From a virus: 64,000 nucleotides of DNA. Shown piece after piece: positions 1-9,321 of this stretch (positions are counted from its first letter, which is position 1; each line of letters begins with the position of its first letter). The stretch is from IMG/VR virus record IMGVR_UViG_3300025704_000003; one strand, given 5' to 3'. Made by a program: the position numbers and the translations under genes. Under the pieces are notes generated by a model that was not told where the DNA came from, did no database searches, and worked only from the letters and a program-made list of their open reading frames with translations.

Positions 1-51
1 CATAAAAAACATTGATCGTGAAGAGCGTAACCTCCAAGCGGAGGTATTATA

Positions 52-294
52 ATGTACACGACCCGGACATCTGATTCGTATATAGCAACTTTTAGTGATT
101 GTCAAGATCCTCAAATTGCTGATCTTAGATCCTTCGTATCTAAGTGTAACAGAATGCTGAAAGAGGACGGTAAGTACCAACGGTACTATCTCAAACTTCA
201 AGCACGTGGTCATCGCCGCGGCGTTCGCCGGTACAACCAGTCATTACCTCTCAAGTATGCCGACAGAGTCGATGCGTACATTTATGAGAGATAG
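52..294 (+). CDS. hypothetical protein
   Basis: 80 aa ORF with GGAGG upstream. Confidence 0.7.
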   Translation: MYTTRTSDSYIATFSDCQDPQIADLRSFVSKCNRMLKEDGKYQRYYLKLQARGHRRGVRRYNQSLPLKYADRVDAYIYER

Positions 295-384
295 GACTAA
301 GGTTCTCGGGGACGCCCGTCGCGAGCTAGTGAGTGGACTCATGGTTAGTCATGGCACTCACTAGCACCCTTTTCTCCCTCAACT

Positions 385-409
385 AAGCAGCTTCGGCTGC
401 TTTCTTTTT
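385..409 (+). terminator. Rho-independent terminator
   Basis: AAGCAGC-TTCG-GCTGCTT hairpin (UUCG tetraloop) followed by T-rich tail. Confidence 0.85.
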
Positions 410-410
410 A

Positions 411-418
411 TATAAATA
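411..418 (+). promoter_or_regulatory. T4-type late promoter
   Basis: TATAAATA directly after terminator, upstream of GGAG RBS and ATG 443. Confidence 0.8.
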
Positions 419-442
419 GAGATAAGTTTCTATGGAGAAGAT

Positions 443-1813
443 ATGGCTACGTTTGCTAAAATGGCTCGTGCAGAGTGGGATAAACCTGTGCGTGGATCTA
501 ATCAAGAAAGAGTTGAAGTCTTTATTAATGCAATAAAGGCAGGAGATCCCGTAAGCGATATTAACGGAAAAGACGTATTTATTGCTAATACTAAGAAAAA
601 CATAGATGCTATAAAAAATTATGTTGCTGATCCTGATTCAGGTCCAACTGTTGCCTTTGACTTAAAAAATGGAAATACAATACTTTCTAATATGATTGGC
701 AAATCTCCATTATTTGGTGGACAAGGTGCCGGTGGTGGAGCTACAGGAGACACAGCAAGGTTTGAATCATTACATTGTTTGTACATAGCAGCTATTCTAG
801 GCGAGGGTATGAATAATGAGTTTTCACATTTCACATATAATACATTAGAAAAATATAAAGATAAAGTTTCAGTAAGTGAGTCATTCAAATCTTATGTTAC
901 TATTGATGGCGATTGGCATGCATCTGCGTATCAAATAGCCCAAGCTTTAATTAAGAAAAAATATGTAACAAAAAATCATACTCTTCATAGGGGTGATTCT
1001 GTCATGGAAGCAATTTATAAAGCAAAAGATAGAGTAAGAAAATTAGAGGGTAAACCAAGCCTTAATAGCGACAAATGGAATCCAGGTGATATCTGGGCAG
1101 TAAAAAGAGGAATAGATCCTAAAGCTCTATTTGCAAAGGCTAAAACATTAGCTGAGCTAAATATATTAATATTAAAGCATTTTCAAAATAAGACTATAGT
1201 TGGCATTTCGCTTAAAAAGGTTGGAAAAAATAAAAGAGTAAAATTAGGTGATTATAATATTGAAGACGCAATATTAGACACTCATAAGTTTTCTAGATTC
1301 ACGTTAGAAACAGCAGCAGGTAAAAGCATTTGGTCGTCTAAATACGGTTTTTTCATTTATGACAATAGTAAAAAGGCTGAAGTCAGATCTCCTAGTGTAT
1401 TTGGTGCATTAAACTTTGAACTAAAAGGTACAGGTGCTAGAGCAGGTAGAACTGGTTATGGTCAATTAATGTATTCTTCTGCTATACATTTAAAAAAGAT
1501 TTTACCAACAAACAAAGAGCTTATAACACAAGCAAAATTATTAGTTAGTAATAAACCTCCCGAAAAATTAGTAACAGACTTCTTTAATCTTGTCAAAAAA
1601 ATTCATCCTAAAACTGACAGATTACAATTCGAGTCTGAAATGAAACAAAAAAATGCAGGCTTTGTTCATACATTACTTGCTGCAGCTCATATAGGTACAG
1701 CTATTATGAGTGCTAGTCAAACACAAAGAAACGCATTCACATCTGAAGTAGTAAATGTTATGGCTGCGAAAACAAATGATTCGTCAGCATATGTAAAAGC
1801 GGAGCAAGCGTAA
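443..1813 (+). CDS. hypothetical protein, possible PD-(D/E)xK nuclease-like fold
   Basis: 456 aa; DKWNPGDIW...ISLKK resembles restriction-endonuclease-like motif spacing. Confidence 0.55.
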   Translation: MATFAKMARAEWDKPVRGSNQERVEVFINAIKAGDPVSDINGKDVFIANTKKNIDAIKNYVADPDSGPTVAFDLKNGNTILSNMIGKSPLFGGQGAGGGATGDTARFESLHCLYIAAILGEGMNNEFSHFTYNTLEKYKDKVSVSESFKSYVTIDGDWHASAYQIAQALIKKKYVTKNHTLHRGDSVMEAIYKAKDRVRKLEGKPSLNSDKWNPGDIWAVKRGIDPKALFAKAKTLAELNILILKHFQNKTIVGISLKKVGKNKRVKLGDYNIEDAILDTHKFSRFTLETAAGKSIWSSKYGFFIYDNSKKAEVRSPSVFGALNFELKGTGARAGRTGYGQLMYSSAIHLKKILPTNKELITQAKLLVSNKPPEKLVTDFFNLVKKIHPKTDRLQFESEMKQKNAGFVHTLLAAAHIGTAIMSASQTQRNAFTSEVVNVMAAKTNDSSAYVKAEQA

Positions 1814-3060
1814 TGGCAACGAAGATTAATATGGAAAGCTTTAAGTCGTATTTGTCTGAACAGAAGAACACTCACATGACTCATGTTGAGGATAAAGTAA
1901 TTTATGGTGGCGTAAAAGGAACTCGCGAGGCAATTAATGCACTACGCGAACTTCGTAATATGTTGAAAGGTGATCATGCTGGTAATGTATCTGTTAAATG
2001 GGATGGCGCTCCTGCTATTTTTGCAGGCACTGATCCTAATGACGGACGTTTCTTTGTTGCAAAGAAAGGTATTTTTAACAAGAATCCCAAGGTCTATAAG
2101 ACTCCTGCTGATGTTGACGCTGATACAAGTGGTGATCTTGCTGACAAGCTCAAAGTCGCTTTGCGAGAGCTCCCTTCCTTGGGTATCAAGGGTATCGTGC
2201 AAGGTGACTTCTTATATGGACCTGGCGATTTAAAGAAAGAAAAGATTAATGGTGAGTCGTATATTACTTTCCATCCTAATACTATTGTTTATGCTGTCCC
2301 TAGTAATTCTGAAGCTGCGAGAGCCGTACGTTCCGCTCAAATCGGAATTGTCTGGCACACAACATATAAAGGTAACACCTTTGAAGGACTTAGAGCAAGT
2401 TACGGAGTAGATGTATCTAAGTTTAAGAAATCAAAAAAGGTATGGTCACAAGATGCCATGCTACGTGATTTGACTAATATGACTATGAGTAAAAAGGACA
2501 CTAATGATGTTGACGAATATTTATCGCAAGCTGGGAAAATATTTAACAAAATTTCAGGGACAACCCTACGGCAGCTCGAATCGCATAGTGAGTTACCGGG
2601 CCTCATTGAAACATTCGGAAACAAATACGTCAGACGCGGAGATGTTATTACAGATACAAGGCGACACGTATCCATGCTCATTAGGTGGATTAGATTACGA
2701 TATGGAAAAGAAATTGCTAAGCGTAAAACCGAAAAAGGTAAAACAGCTCAACGAGATAAACTAACAACTATTTTAGATTTTTTTTCTGATGAAAACAAAA
2801 AAAGTTTACAACAAATGTTTGAGCTGCAAAAAGTTATTGTATTAGCGAAATTAAAACTTATAAATATATTAAATGGTTTAGCAAAGGTAAAAACCTTTGT
2901 AAAGACGCAGAATGGATACAAAGTAACCGGAGAAGAAGGTTACGTTGCAATTGATAAACTTGGTGGTGATGCTGTTAAGATTGTTGATCGAATGGAATTT
3001 TCGTACAACAACTTTAGCAAGGATATATTAAAGGGATGGGATAAACCGGGAAGAAACTAA
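1813..3060 (+). CDS. conserved hypothetical protein of marine T4-like phages (DUF6267-like)
   Basis: KNTHMTHVED, SVKWDGAPAIF, EGYV, KIVDRMEFS motifs recalled from marine myovirus family; KxDG motif. Confidence 0.65.
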   Translation: MATKINMESFKSYLSEQKNTHMTHVEDKVIYGGVKGTREAINALRELRNMLKGDHAGNVSVKWDGAPAIFAGTDPNDGRFFVAKKGIFNKNPKVYKTPADVDADTSGDLADKLKVALRELPSLGIKGIVQGDFLYGPGDLKKEKINGESYITFHPNTIVYAVPSNSEAARAVRSAQIGIVWHTTYKGNTFEGLRASYGVDVSKFKKSKKVWSQDAMLRDLTNMTMSKKDTNDVDEYLSQAGKIFNKISGTTLRQLESHSELPGLIETFGNKYVRRGDVITDTRRHVSMLIRWIRLRYGKEIAKRKTEKGKTAQRDKLTTILDFFSDENKKSLQQMFELQKVIVLAKLKLINILNGLAKVKTFVKTQNGYKVTGEEGYVAIDKLGGDAVKIVDRMEFSYNNFSKDILKGWDKPGRN

Positions 3061-3494
3061 TGTATAGTTTTAAAGAACTAATGATTACGCCTATTGAAGA
3101 TGGCGAAGACGAGTACCTAAAGTATCGTGCGATGAAACGTCGCAAACACATGTACGAAGAAACAGCAGTAGAAGAAGAATCTACTGACGAGGCGTTATCT
3201 ATGGCGTCTCGCCGTAAGCGTTCTCGTGACATGCGCAAAAATAAAAATAAATTAAAAATTGGCCGTGCTCGAATGAGTAAGCGTATTGCTAATCCTGAGC
3301 GCATTAAGAAACGTGCTCGGAAGCAAGCGATAGATACCATCTATAAGAAATTAACAAAAGGTATTCCTCGTAAAGATTTAACACCGGGCAAAAAGGCTGA
3401 ACTCGAAAAGCGTATTCAGAAAATGAAGCCTAGAGTAAATCGTATTACAAGGAAACTCCTTCCTCAGGTACGTAAGGCGGCACACGGTAAATGA
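3060..3494 (+). CDS. basic hypothetical protein
   Basis: 144 aa, acidic N-terminus then Lys/Arg-rich; translationally coupled. Confidence 0.75.
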   Translation: MYSFKELMITPIEDGEDEYLKYRAMKRRKHMYEETAVEEESTDEALSMASRRKRSRDMRKNKNKLKIGRARMSKRIANPERIKKRARKQAIDTIYKKLTKGIPRKDLTPGKKAELEKRIQKMKPRVNRITRKLLPQVRKAAHGK

Positions 3495-4621
3495 TTAATA
3501 GATTTAGTCAATACTTAGTTGAAGAAGAAAAGGTTGGTTATTTGGTGTTTGGCCGAATGAATCCTCCTACTATTGGACATGGTAAGTTATTAGACAAGCT
3601 CGCAGCGGTTGCTGGTCGAGCACAATATCGTATCTATTTGTCACAATCTAATGATAAAAAAGACAATCCTCTTACTTATTCAGACAAAGTAAAGTTTGCT
3701 CGTAAGATGTTTACTAGGCATGCAAGATCTATTATTATCGATGCTAAGGTAACAACACCCTTTCATGCTTTGTCGGCTATGTATAATGCAGGATTTAAGA
3801 AAGTCATTTTAGTTGCCGGTTCAGATCGTGTACAAGAATATGATTTGCGCTTAAACAAATATAATGGTAAAAAGGGTGGTCATGGGTTCTATAACTTTGA
3901 CGGTGGCGTTAAGGTTGTAAGTGCTGGGCAGAGAGATCCAGATGGTAAAGGTGCCGAAGGTGCATCTGGTACTAAGCAAAGAGGGTATGCTAAAGATAAT
4001 GACTTTACAGGATTTGCCCAAGGTCTAACTAAAGCTATATCAAATCCTGATGCTCGTAAAATGTTTAATGCCGTTCGCAGCGGTATGGGTTTAAAAGAAG
4101 AATACGAATTTAAAAGACATGTTCAATTAGAATCTGTATCAGAAACTAGAGAAGCTTTTGTTAAAGGTGAACTCTTTGAGCTCGGTGAACATGTCATTAT
4201 TAAAAGCACATCCGAAGTTGGTAAAATTACGGTCATTGGATCTAATTATGTAATTGTAGAAACCTCTGATAAGACTACAAGACAATGGCTGGATTCTGTT
4301 GAGAAGATTGTAGAAGAAGCAAAGTATGATTATGGAACTGATGCTTCAGTAAAGTATATGAAAAAGACTACACCTGGACAGAATGAGAGTACACCTCAAG
4401 ATTCTGACATTAAGGATCGTGAAGGATCACAGCCTAAAGCGTATCATAAAGGCCTAAAGAAAGCTACAAAAGTTGCTAGAGACCGGCACTTTAAGAAACA
4501 CGGGAAAAAAGCAGATAATGATGCTAGTGCTTATAAGCCAGCGCCTGGTGATGCAAAAGGAAAAACTAAAACATCTCAATGGACTAAAAAGTTTAAAAAG
4601 ATGTACGGGGACAAAGAGTAA
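3491..4621 (+). CDS. cytidyltransferase-like (HIGH nucleotidyltransferase) protein
   Basis: FGRMNPPTIGHGKL, AGSDRV, VSAGQRDPD motifs typical of cyanophage-type cytidyltransferase. Confidence 0.8.
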   Translation: MINRFSQYLVEEEKVGYLVFGRMNPPTIGHGKLLDKLAAVAGRAQYRIYLSQSNDKKDNPLTYSDKVKFARKMFTRHARSIIIDAKVTTPFHALSAMYNAGFKKVILVAGSDRVQEYDLRLNKYNGKKGGHGFYNFDGGVKVVSAGQRDPDGKGAEGASGTKQRGYAKDNDFTGFAQGLTKAISNPDARKMFNAVRSGMGLKEEYEFKRHVQLESVSETREAFVKGELFELGEHVIIKSTSEVGKITVIGSNYVIVETSDKTTRQWLDSVEKIVEEAKYDYGTDASVKYMKKTTPGQNESTPQDSDIKDREGSQPKAYHKGLKKATKVARDRHFKKHGKKADNDASAYKPAPGDAKGKTKTSQWTKKFKKMYGDKE

Positions 4622-4971
4622 TGGAAAATTTAAAACTTCCAGTAGTATTAGTTGCAGCTATGATAGCTCAGATATCAGCTGGCGTGTGGTGGGTATCTCA
4701 GCAAGCTGCAACAATTTCTGATCTTGAAAGTACAGTAGCTGAAATGAGCTCAAAGATGGCTATTGAAGAGAATATAAATCTTCGTAGAGATGTTGAAGAG
4801 AATGCGGATGATCTCGAAGAGCTGTGGGAGGAAACCGTAATGCTATGGGAGATGGAAGCATCTTTTCAGCAAATACTACGGGATCAAATACAGCTCAAAG
4901 GAAGAATAGCTTTAATTGAAAAAGAACTTAAGTATGTAGACAGAGACCATATGGATATGATGGGCAAATGA
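4621..4971 (+). CDS. membrane-anchored coiled-coil hypothetical protein
   Basis: N-terminal hydrophobic segment, then acidic coiled coil. Confidence 0.7.
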   Translation: MENLKLPVVLVAAMIAQISAGVWWVSQQAATISDLESTVAEMSSKMAIEENINLRRDVEENADDLEELWEETVMLWEMEASFQQILRDQIQLKGRIALIEKELKYVDRDHMDMMGK

Positions 4972-5141
4972 AAATAATTAAATTCAAAACATTTGCTGAA
5001 GATAAAGATACAGATAAAGCTGCAGATCTTGCAAAGATGAAAATCGATCGCGAGAAGAAAACTGACGCGGCGAAGCATGATCGTATGATGGATAGAGCAA
5101 GAATCCTAGATACAAAAAAGAAAAATAAGGCCACAAAATGA
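4968..5141 (+). CDS. small hypothetical protein (57 aa, not in ORF track)
   Basis: MKIIKFKTFAEDKDTDKAADLAKMK...; ATGA overlaps with both neighbours. Confidence 0.75.
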   Translation: MKIIKFKTFAEDKDTDKAADLAKMKIDREKKTDAAKHDRMMDRARILDTKKKNKATK

Positions 5142-5377
5142 TTAACTTTAAACACTATATTAGTGAAGATAAAGCAGGTACTTCGTTTGCAGATAAATCT
5201 AAAAAGTCTGGAATTTCTGTGGCTACGCTTCGTAAAGTATATAATCGCGGTGTTGCCGCATGGAAAACCGGTCATAGACCTGGCACCACGCCATCTCAGT
5301 GGGGACATGCAAGAGTCAATGCCTTTATTGTAAAAAAGAAAAAAGGTGGTCTCAACCACGATAAGGATCTAGCGTAA
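5138..5377 (+). CDS. conserved small hypothetical protein
   Basis: SGISVATLRKVYNRGVAAWKTGHRPG..WGHARVN motif recalled from marine viruses. Confidence 0.75.
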   Translation: MINFKHYISEDKAGTSFADKSKKSGISVATLRKVYNRGVAAWKTGHRPGTTPSQWGHARVNAFIVKKKKGGLNHDKDLA

Positions 5378-6567
5378 TGAAAAATTTTAAAGAGATCAGA
5401 GAAAACGTAAAGACCGCTGACAAAAAACCAGAGATCTATACAAAGCCTGATGGTAAAAAGGGCACACGTATGGTCCCGGTTGATAAAGAAGTTATCAAGC
5501 AAGAGAAAACTCTTGAATGGCTTAAGTCCGCATTGGCTAGAGAAGCTAAGGCTACTAAACCACGCCAAGATGATATGGAAGAGCAGGCCGAAGCTACTAT
5601 GTATTGTAAAGATTGTGGTTGTGAAAAAGGTAATCCAGATCCTAACTGCACATGTCCAAATGATAATGCTCAGCTTAAAGCATCGCAATGTACGACTGAA
5701 CAGTCTAAATGTAAGTCTCGTAAAGAAGATGTTAGCGAGCTAACAATTGCTGACGTTCAAAAGGCTACTGCGATGGCAAAGAAACGTCAAGAAAAAGAAC
5801 GTAAAGCTGGAAAGAAAAGTGTATCAACGGCTGATCTTGCAGCACGTATGCCTAAGAAAGAATCATTTGAGCCTCACATGATGTACGATCCTAAGACTGG
5901 AAAAGCTTATAAGGCCGAAAAGGAAGCCGATCATCTTCGCATGAAGAAGATGGGATATACTCATGACAAACCTACGAACGAAGCCCACGATCCTAAGCAC
6001 GTCAAGCAGGCAGTCGGTATTGCATCTGATCCCAGATACAAGGGCGGAAATATGACAGGCGCAACTAAGACGATTAATAAACTTTCAAAAGGTTTGTCAG
6101 ATCATCCTCAAGTTAAAGCTGTACTAAAACGTCAGAACGAGGGCCTTAAAACATTTGCCGAGATCTCAAAAGGTATGGCCGGCCGTTATATCAAAAAGGC
6201 GCAAGTAAGTACAGCAGATGCTGCAAAGAGTACTGAACGTGGATATGCTGACTCTCGCTCACCCGATCGTGATATTGCTAAAGCAGGAAGTAATCAAGCT
6301 AAAAGGGGTATTAAGACTTTTATTAATCGCAATAAAGGTACGGCTACCGCTGTTGATAAACTGACTGGTAAAGCTAAAGTACCTGCAAAAGAAGAAACGG
6401 TTGATGAGATCTCCAATGCTAAGATGGGTCAATACGTACGTAAAGCTGCTGACGATGCTGCAAGAAAAGGTTCAAAGGGTGATGTAGCCGGAGCTAGACA
6501 GAGAGTAAAAGGCGTGTCTAAAGCTATGGATAAAATGGACAAAAATAGACTGTATGGGAAACAATAA
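5377..6567 (+). CDS. modular Lys/Ala-rich hypothetical protein, putative internal head protein
   Basis: 396 aa; MKNFKEIRE start; Cys cluster; modules bounded by Glu. Confidence 0.7.
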   Translation: MKNFKEIRENVKTADKKPEIYTKPDGKKGTRMVPVDKEVIKQEKTLEWLKSALAREAKATKPRQDDMEEQAEATMYCKDCGCEKGNPDPNCTCPNDNAQLKASQCTTEQSKCKSRKEDVSELTIADVQKATAMAKKRQEKERKAGKKSVSTADLAARMPKKESFEPHMMYDPKTGKAYKAEKEADHLRMKKMGYTHDKPTNEAHDPKHVKQAVGIASDPRYKGGNMTGATKTINKLSKGLSDHPQVKAVLKRQNEGLKTFAEISKGMAGRYIKKAQVSTADAAKSTERGYADSRSPDRDIAKAGSNQAKRGIKTFINRNKGTATAVDKLTGKAKVPAKEETVDEISNAKMGQYVRKAADDAARKGSKGDVAGARQRVKGVSKAMDKMDKNRLYGKQ

Positions 6568-7008
6568 ATGAAAACCTTTTTTCAATTAAGTGAGTCTTTG
6601 CAAGAGGCAAAAGATAAACATAATTTTACTTCTGCGCAACACAAGGCTGCAGCAGATTATCATCATAAAATGATGGGGGCTCACGAAAGTGCAGGCCACG
6701 AACATCGGATGGACGAAGATGAGCCGGTAAACCATCATACTAAAGCATATGATGCGCACTATGATGCACATAGTTTTCATAGAAATGCTGCAGCGCATAA
6801 AGCGGGAGATAAGGACCATGGGCCAGCCAATGTACAACATGCGCATAAGGCTTCCAAAAAAGCTAACAGAATATCTGCTAATCCAAAACGCACAGACGTT
6901 AAAGTATCAGATCATTACAACGGTGGCAAAAAATACGACATGACCAGCTATTTTCCAGCCAGAGGTAAACCAAAATCACATCCATATGGCGAAAAAATAC
7001 CAGGTTAA
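6568..7008 (+). CDS. His-rich hypothetical protein
   Basis: 146 aa, about 18 His; MKTFFQLSE start. Confidence 0.7.
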   Translation: MKTFFQLSESLQEAKDKHNFTSAQHKAAADYHHKMMGAHESAGHEHRMDEDEPVNHHTKAYDAHYDAHSFHRNAAAHKAGDKDHGPANVQHAHKASKKANRISANPKRTDVKVSDHYNGGKKYDMTSYFPARGKPKSHPYGEKIPG

Positions 7009-7023
7009 TATTGGAAAATAAAA

Positions 7024-7350
7024 ATGGCCACCACGAGAGAACATCTTATGCAAATATGGGGATTAGAGCAGCACGCCGATACGCATGCTGCTTATTCAGA
7101 AGATTTAAAAAGTGAATGCGATACTGCTGAAGATGAAGTAACAGAAAAAAAATCAGAGTCTTGGGAAGCAGGATATAAACGCAGAGTTGTGAAGACTACA
7201 AGTGCTGAACATAAGGCTGATGGTTACAATTGGAGAATCAAAGGGAAAGAACGTCCTGAGATTTCTATTAAATTATATAAGAGCAAGCCTGATCAGGCTG
7301 AGTTTAATAGGCAAATGAAACGAGTTGCGGGGCACGAGTTCGGTGGATAG
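7024..7350 (+). CDS. hypothetical protein
   Basis: 108 aa ORF in operon. Confidence 0.7.
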   Translation: MATTREHLMQIWGLEQHADTHAAYSEDLKSECDTAEDEVTEKKSESWEAGYKRRVVKTTSAEHKADGYNWRIKGKERPEISIKLYKSKPDQAEFNRQMKRVAGHEFGG

Positions 7351-7633
7351 GTTTAAAACATTCTTAGAAAAAGATTCTAAAGGTCATTTCCGTCCAACCG
7401 ACAAAGGTGCCGGTATGACTCAAAAAGGAGTCGATGCTGAGAATAGAAGAACTGGTGGTAATTTAAAAACCGCTGTTACTACTAAGCCTAGTAAATTAAA
7501 AAAAGGATCTAAAGCAGCTAATAGACGGAAATCATATTGTGCTCGTAGTGCAGGACAAATGAAAAAGTTTCCAGCTGCCGCTAAAGATCCTGATAGCAGA
7601 CTTCGTCAAGCAAGGCGTAGGTGGAATTGTTAA
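7343..7633 (+). CDS. conserved hypothetical protein (DUF6321-like)
   Basis: GAGMTQKG...RRKSYCARSAGQ...RRRWNC; GTG 7343 preferred over TTG 7325. Confidence 0.7.
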   Translation: MDRFKTFLEKDSKGHFRPTDKGAGMTQKGVDAENRRTGGNLKTAVTTKPSKLKKGSKAANRRKSYCARSAGQMKKFPAAAKDPDSRLRQARRRWNC

Positions 7634-7636
7634 ATT

Positions 7637-7945
7637 ATGAAACCTTCTCTAGAATTAACAACGGAATTAAATATGACTACTAATGCACGCCTAGATAGAA
7701 TTGAGGAGAAGCTTGACGCTCTTACCGAGGCAATGATTGCTTTGGCTCGAGCTGAAGAAAAAATTGCTGGTATTAAACAGGCACAAGATAGCGGGGTGGA
7801 ACGTATGAACCACTTTAGCAAGAAGCTTGATAGTATAGAAGAACAAGTAAGAGATAATGCTCACACTGTTAGTATAATAAATAAATTATTCTGGGTAGCT
7901 GTAGTAGCTATCGCTGGATCAATCGCAGCCCAAATGTGGATGTAA
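7637..7945 (+). CDS. coiled-coil protein with C-terminal transmembrane helix
   Basis: RLDRIEEKLD coiled coil, LFWVAVVAIAGSIAA TM; start may be ATG 7673. Confidence 0.7.
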   Translation: MKPSLELTTELNMTTNARLDRIEEKLDALTEAMIALARAEEKIAGIKQAQDSGVERMNHFSKKLDSIEEQVRDNAHTVSIINKLFWVAVVAIAGSIAAQMWM

Positions 7946-7956
7946 AGGAAACTAAA

Positions 7957-8586
7957 ATGAAAACTCAAAACATTAAAGATATGGGCCTCGCGTTGCAACA
8001 GGTCCAGGAATCAGCAAAAGCTGCTTTAGCAAAGAAACTTGCTAAAGCATCAGCTTCATCTGAAAAGGGTAAAGCAGCAGTAACTCTGCCTAAAGCACCC
8101 TTTGATATTCCAAAGAAGGGTGCTAATGAAGCCCTCAAAGGTGATCAGCATAAGTTAGATCACGATAAAGATGGCGATATCGATGCAGCTGATTTTGCAA
8201 AGTTACGCAAAAAGAAAAAAGGCGAAAAGGCTGAAGTAAAACCGCGGCAAGAACCCGATGGTGAAAAAACTAAAGCAAACGATGCACCAATGGAAAAAAC
8301 CGAATCTACTCGTTGGCCAATCTATGCCCGCATTATGGAAAAGCAATCTCATACTGCAGGCGCTACAGCTCCTGAAGAAATGGATTCTAAGGATTCACCT
8401 TCTGCAAAGAAAATGAAAAAAGATCATAAGCCTGAAGTAAATGATACTGAAGCTAAAGGCCACGTCGATGCAGCAGAAGCTGGCCGTAAAGGCCCTTCAG
8501 CAAAAGCTCGCCCTAATGATAATATGAAGGGCGATAAAAATATCGTTAATCCAGTAAAAGGAGCCGAAACTAATGGCAAAAATTAA
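7957..8586 (+). CDS. hypothetical protein with EF-hand-like loop
   Basis: AAGGA RBS before ATG 7957; DHDKDGDIDAADF motif. Confidence 0.7.
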   Translation: MKTQNIKDMGLALQQVQESAKAALAKKLAKASASSEKGKAAVTLPKAPFDIPKKGANEALKGDQHKLDHDKDGDIDAADFAKLRKKKKGEKAEVKPRQEPDGEKTKANDAPMEKTESTRWPIYARIMEKQSHTAGATAPEEMDSKDSPSAKKMKKDHKPEVNDTEAKGHVDAAEAGRKGPSAKARPNDNMKGDKNIVNPVKGAETNGKN

Positions 8587-8926
8587 TCCACCCAGCTGGG
8601 CAAAGAACGCGGTTCCAACTCCACAGGGTTGGCGAGACCCTCGGACGAACGAGCTGCTTAAGTCACAAAATTTTTCAGATGAACAGATTAACGATTACCT
8701 TGGCGTAACGAAAAAAAAATCTAAGTATAAAAAAGCTCCAGTTGCGGAAGCGGCTCCCGTCCCTAAACCTATTCAACTTAATGAAGCGCCAGCCAACAAC
8801 AAAAGTTTAGATGATATGTCTAAGCTTGAGCTAGAAGCGTTAGGCCGGGAAAATGGCATTGAGCTTGATCGTAGAAAGGGTCAATCAGCTTTAGTAGAAG
8901 AATTAAAGGAAGTTATAAGTGAATAA
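8573..8926 (+). CDS. hypothetical protein
   Basis: AAGGAG RBS; C-terminal SKLELEALGRENGIELDRR helical motif. Confidence 0.75.
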   Translation: MAKINPPSWAKNAVPTPQGWRDPRTNELLKSQNFSDEQINDYLGVTKKKSKYKKAPVAEAAPVPKPIQLNEAPANNKSLDDMSKLELEALGRENGIELDRRKGQSALVEELKEVISE

Positions 8927-8955
8927 ATAGGTTTGAAACTTATTTAGGACATATA

Positions 8956-9321
8956 ATGGAATTTGATGAAGTAACCGAAAGCAATTTGCTTCTTTACGCC
9001 GCTAAGCATTATTATAATCCTCTGGGCGCAAGTTCAGAGGATTTTTATGAAGATTTAAAAAGAAGTAAATATGTAAAGAGATTGGTTAATCGCTATATCA
9101 CTCACAATGAATTATCTGAACGATTAATTTTAAACCATTTAATTATTATATTTAACATGTTTGGTATAGAAGCTGGTTTAAAAATATTAGAACTAAAATT
9201 AGACAATAGGCAATGGCCAGTCGTAAAACCGTTTTTAATATTTTTAAGATATATCGAGAATACAGAATATACAGAATATGGCATGGATAGTTATGTTGTT
9301 GAAGCATTAAGGAAAATATAA
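8956..9321 (+). CDS. conserved hypothetical protein of T4-like phages
   Basis: LYAAKHYYNP...ERLILNHLII motif; AATAAATA late-like box at 8922. Confidence 0.75.
   Translation: MEFDEVTESNLLLYAAKHYYNPLGASSEDFYEDLKRSKYVKRLVNRYITHNELSERLILNHLIIIFNMFGIEAGLKILELKLDNRQWPVVKPFLIFLRYIENTEYTEYGMDSYVVEALRKI

Noticed and set aside
2859-2866. TATAAATA inside a coding region
   Set aside because: Could be an internal late promoter but is expected by chance in AT-rich DNA; not supported
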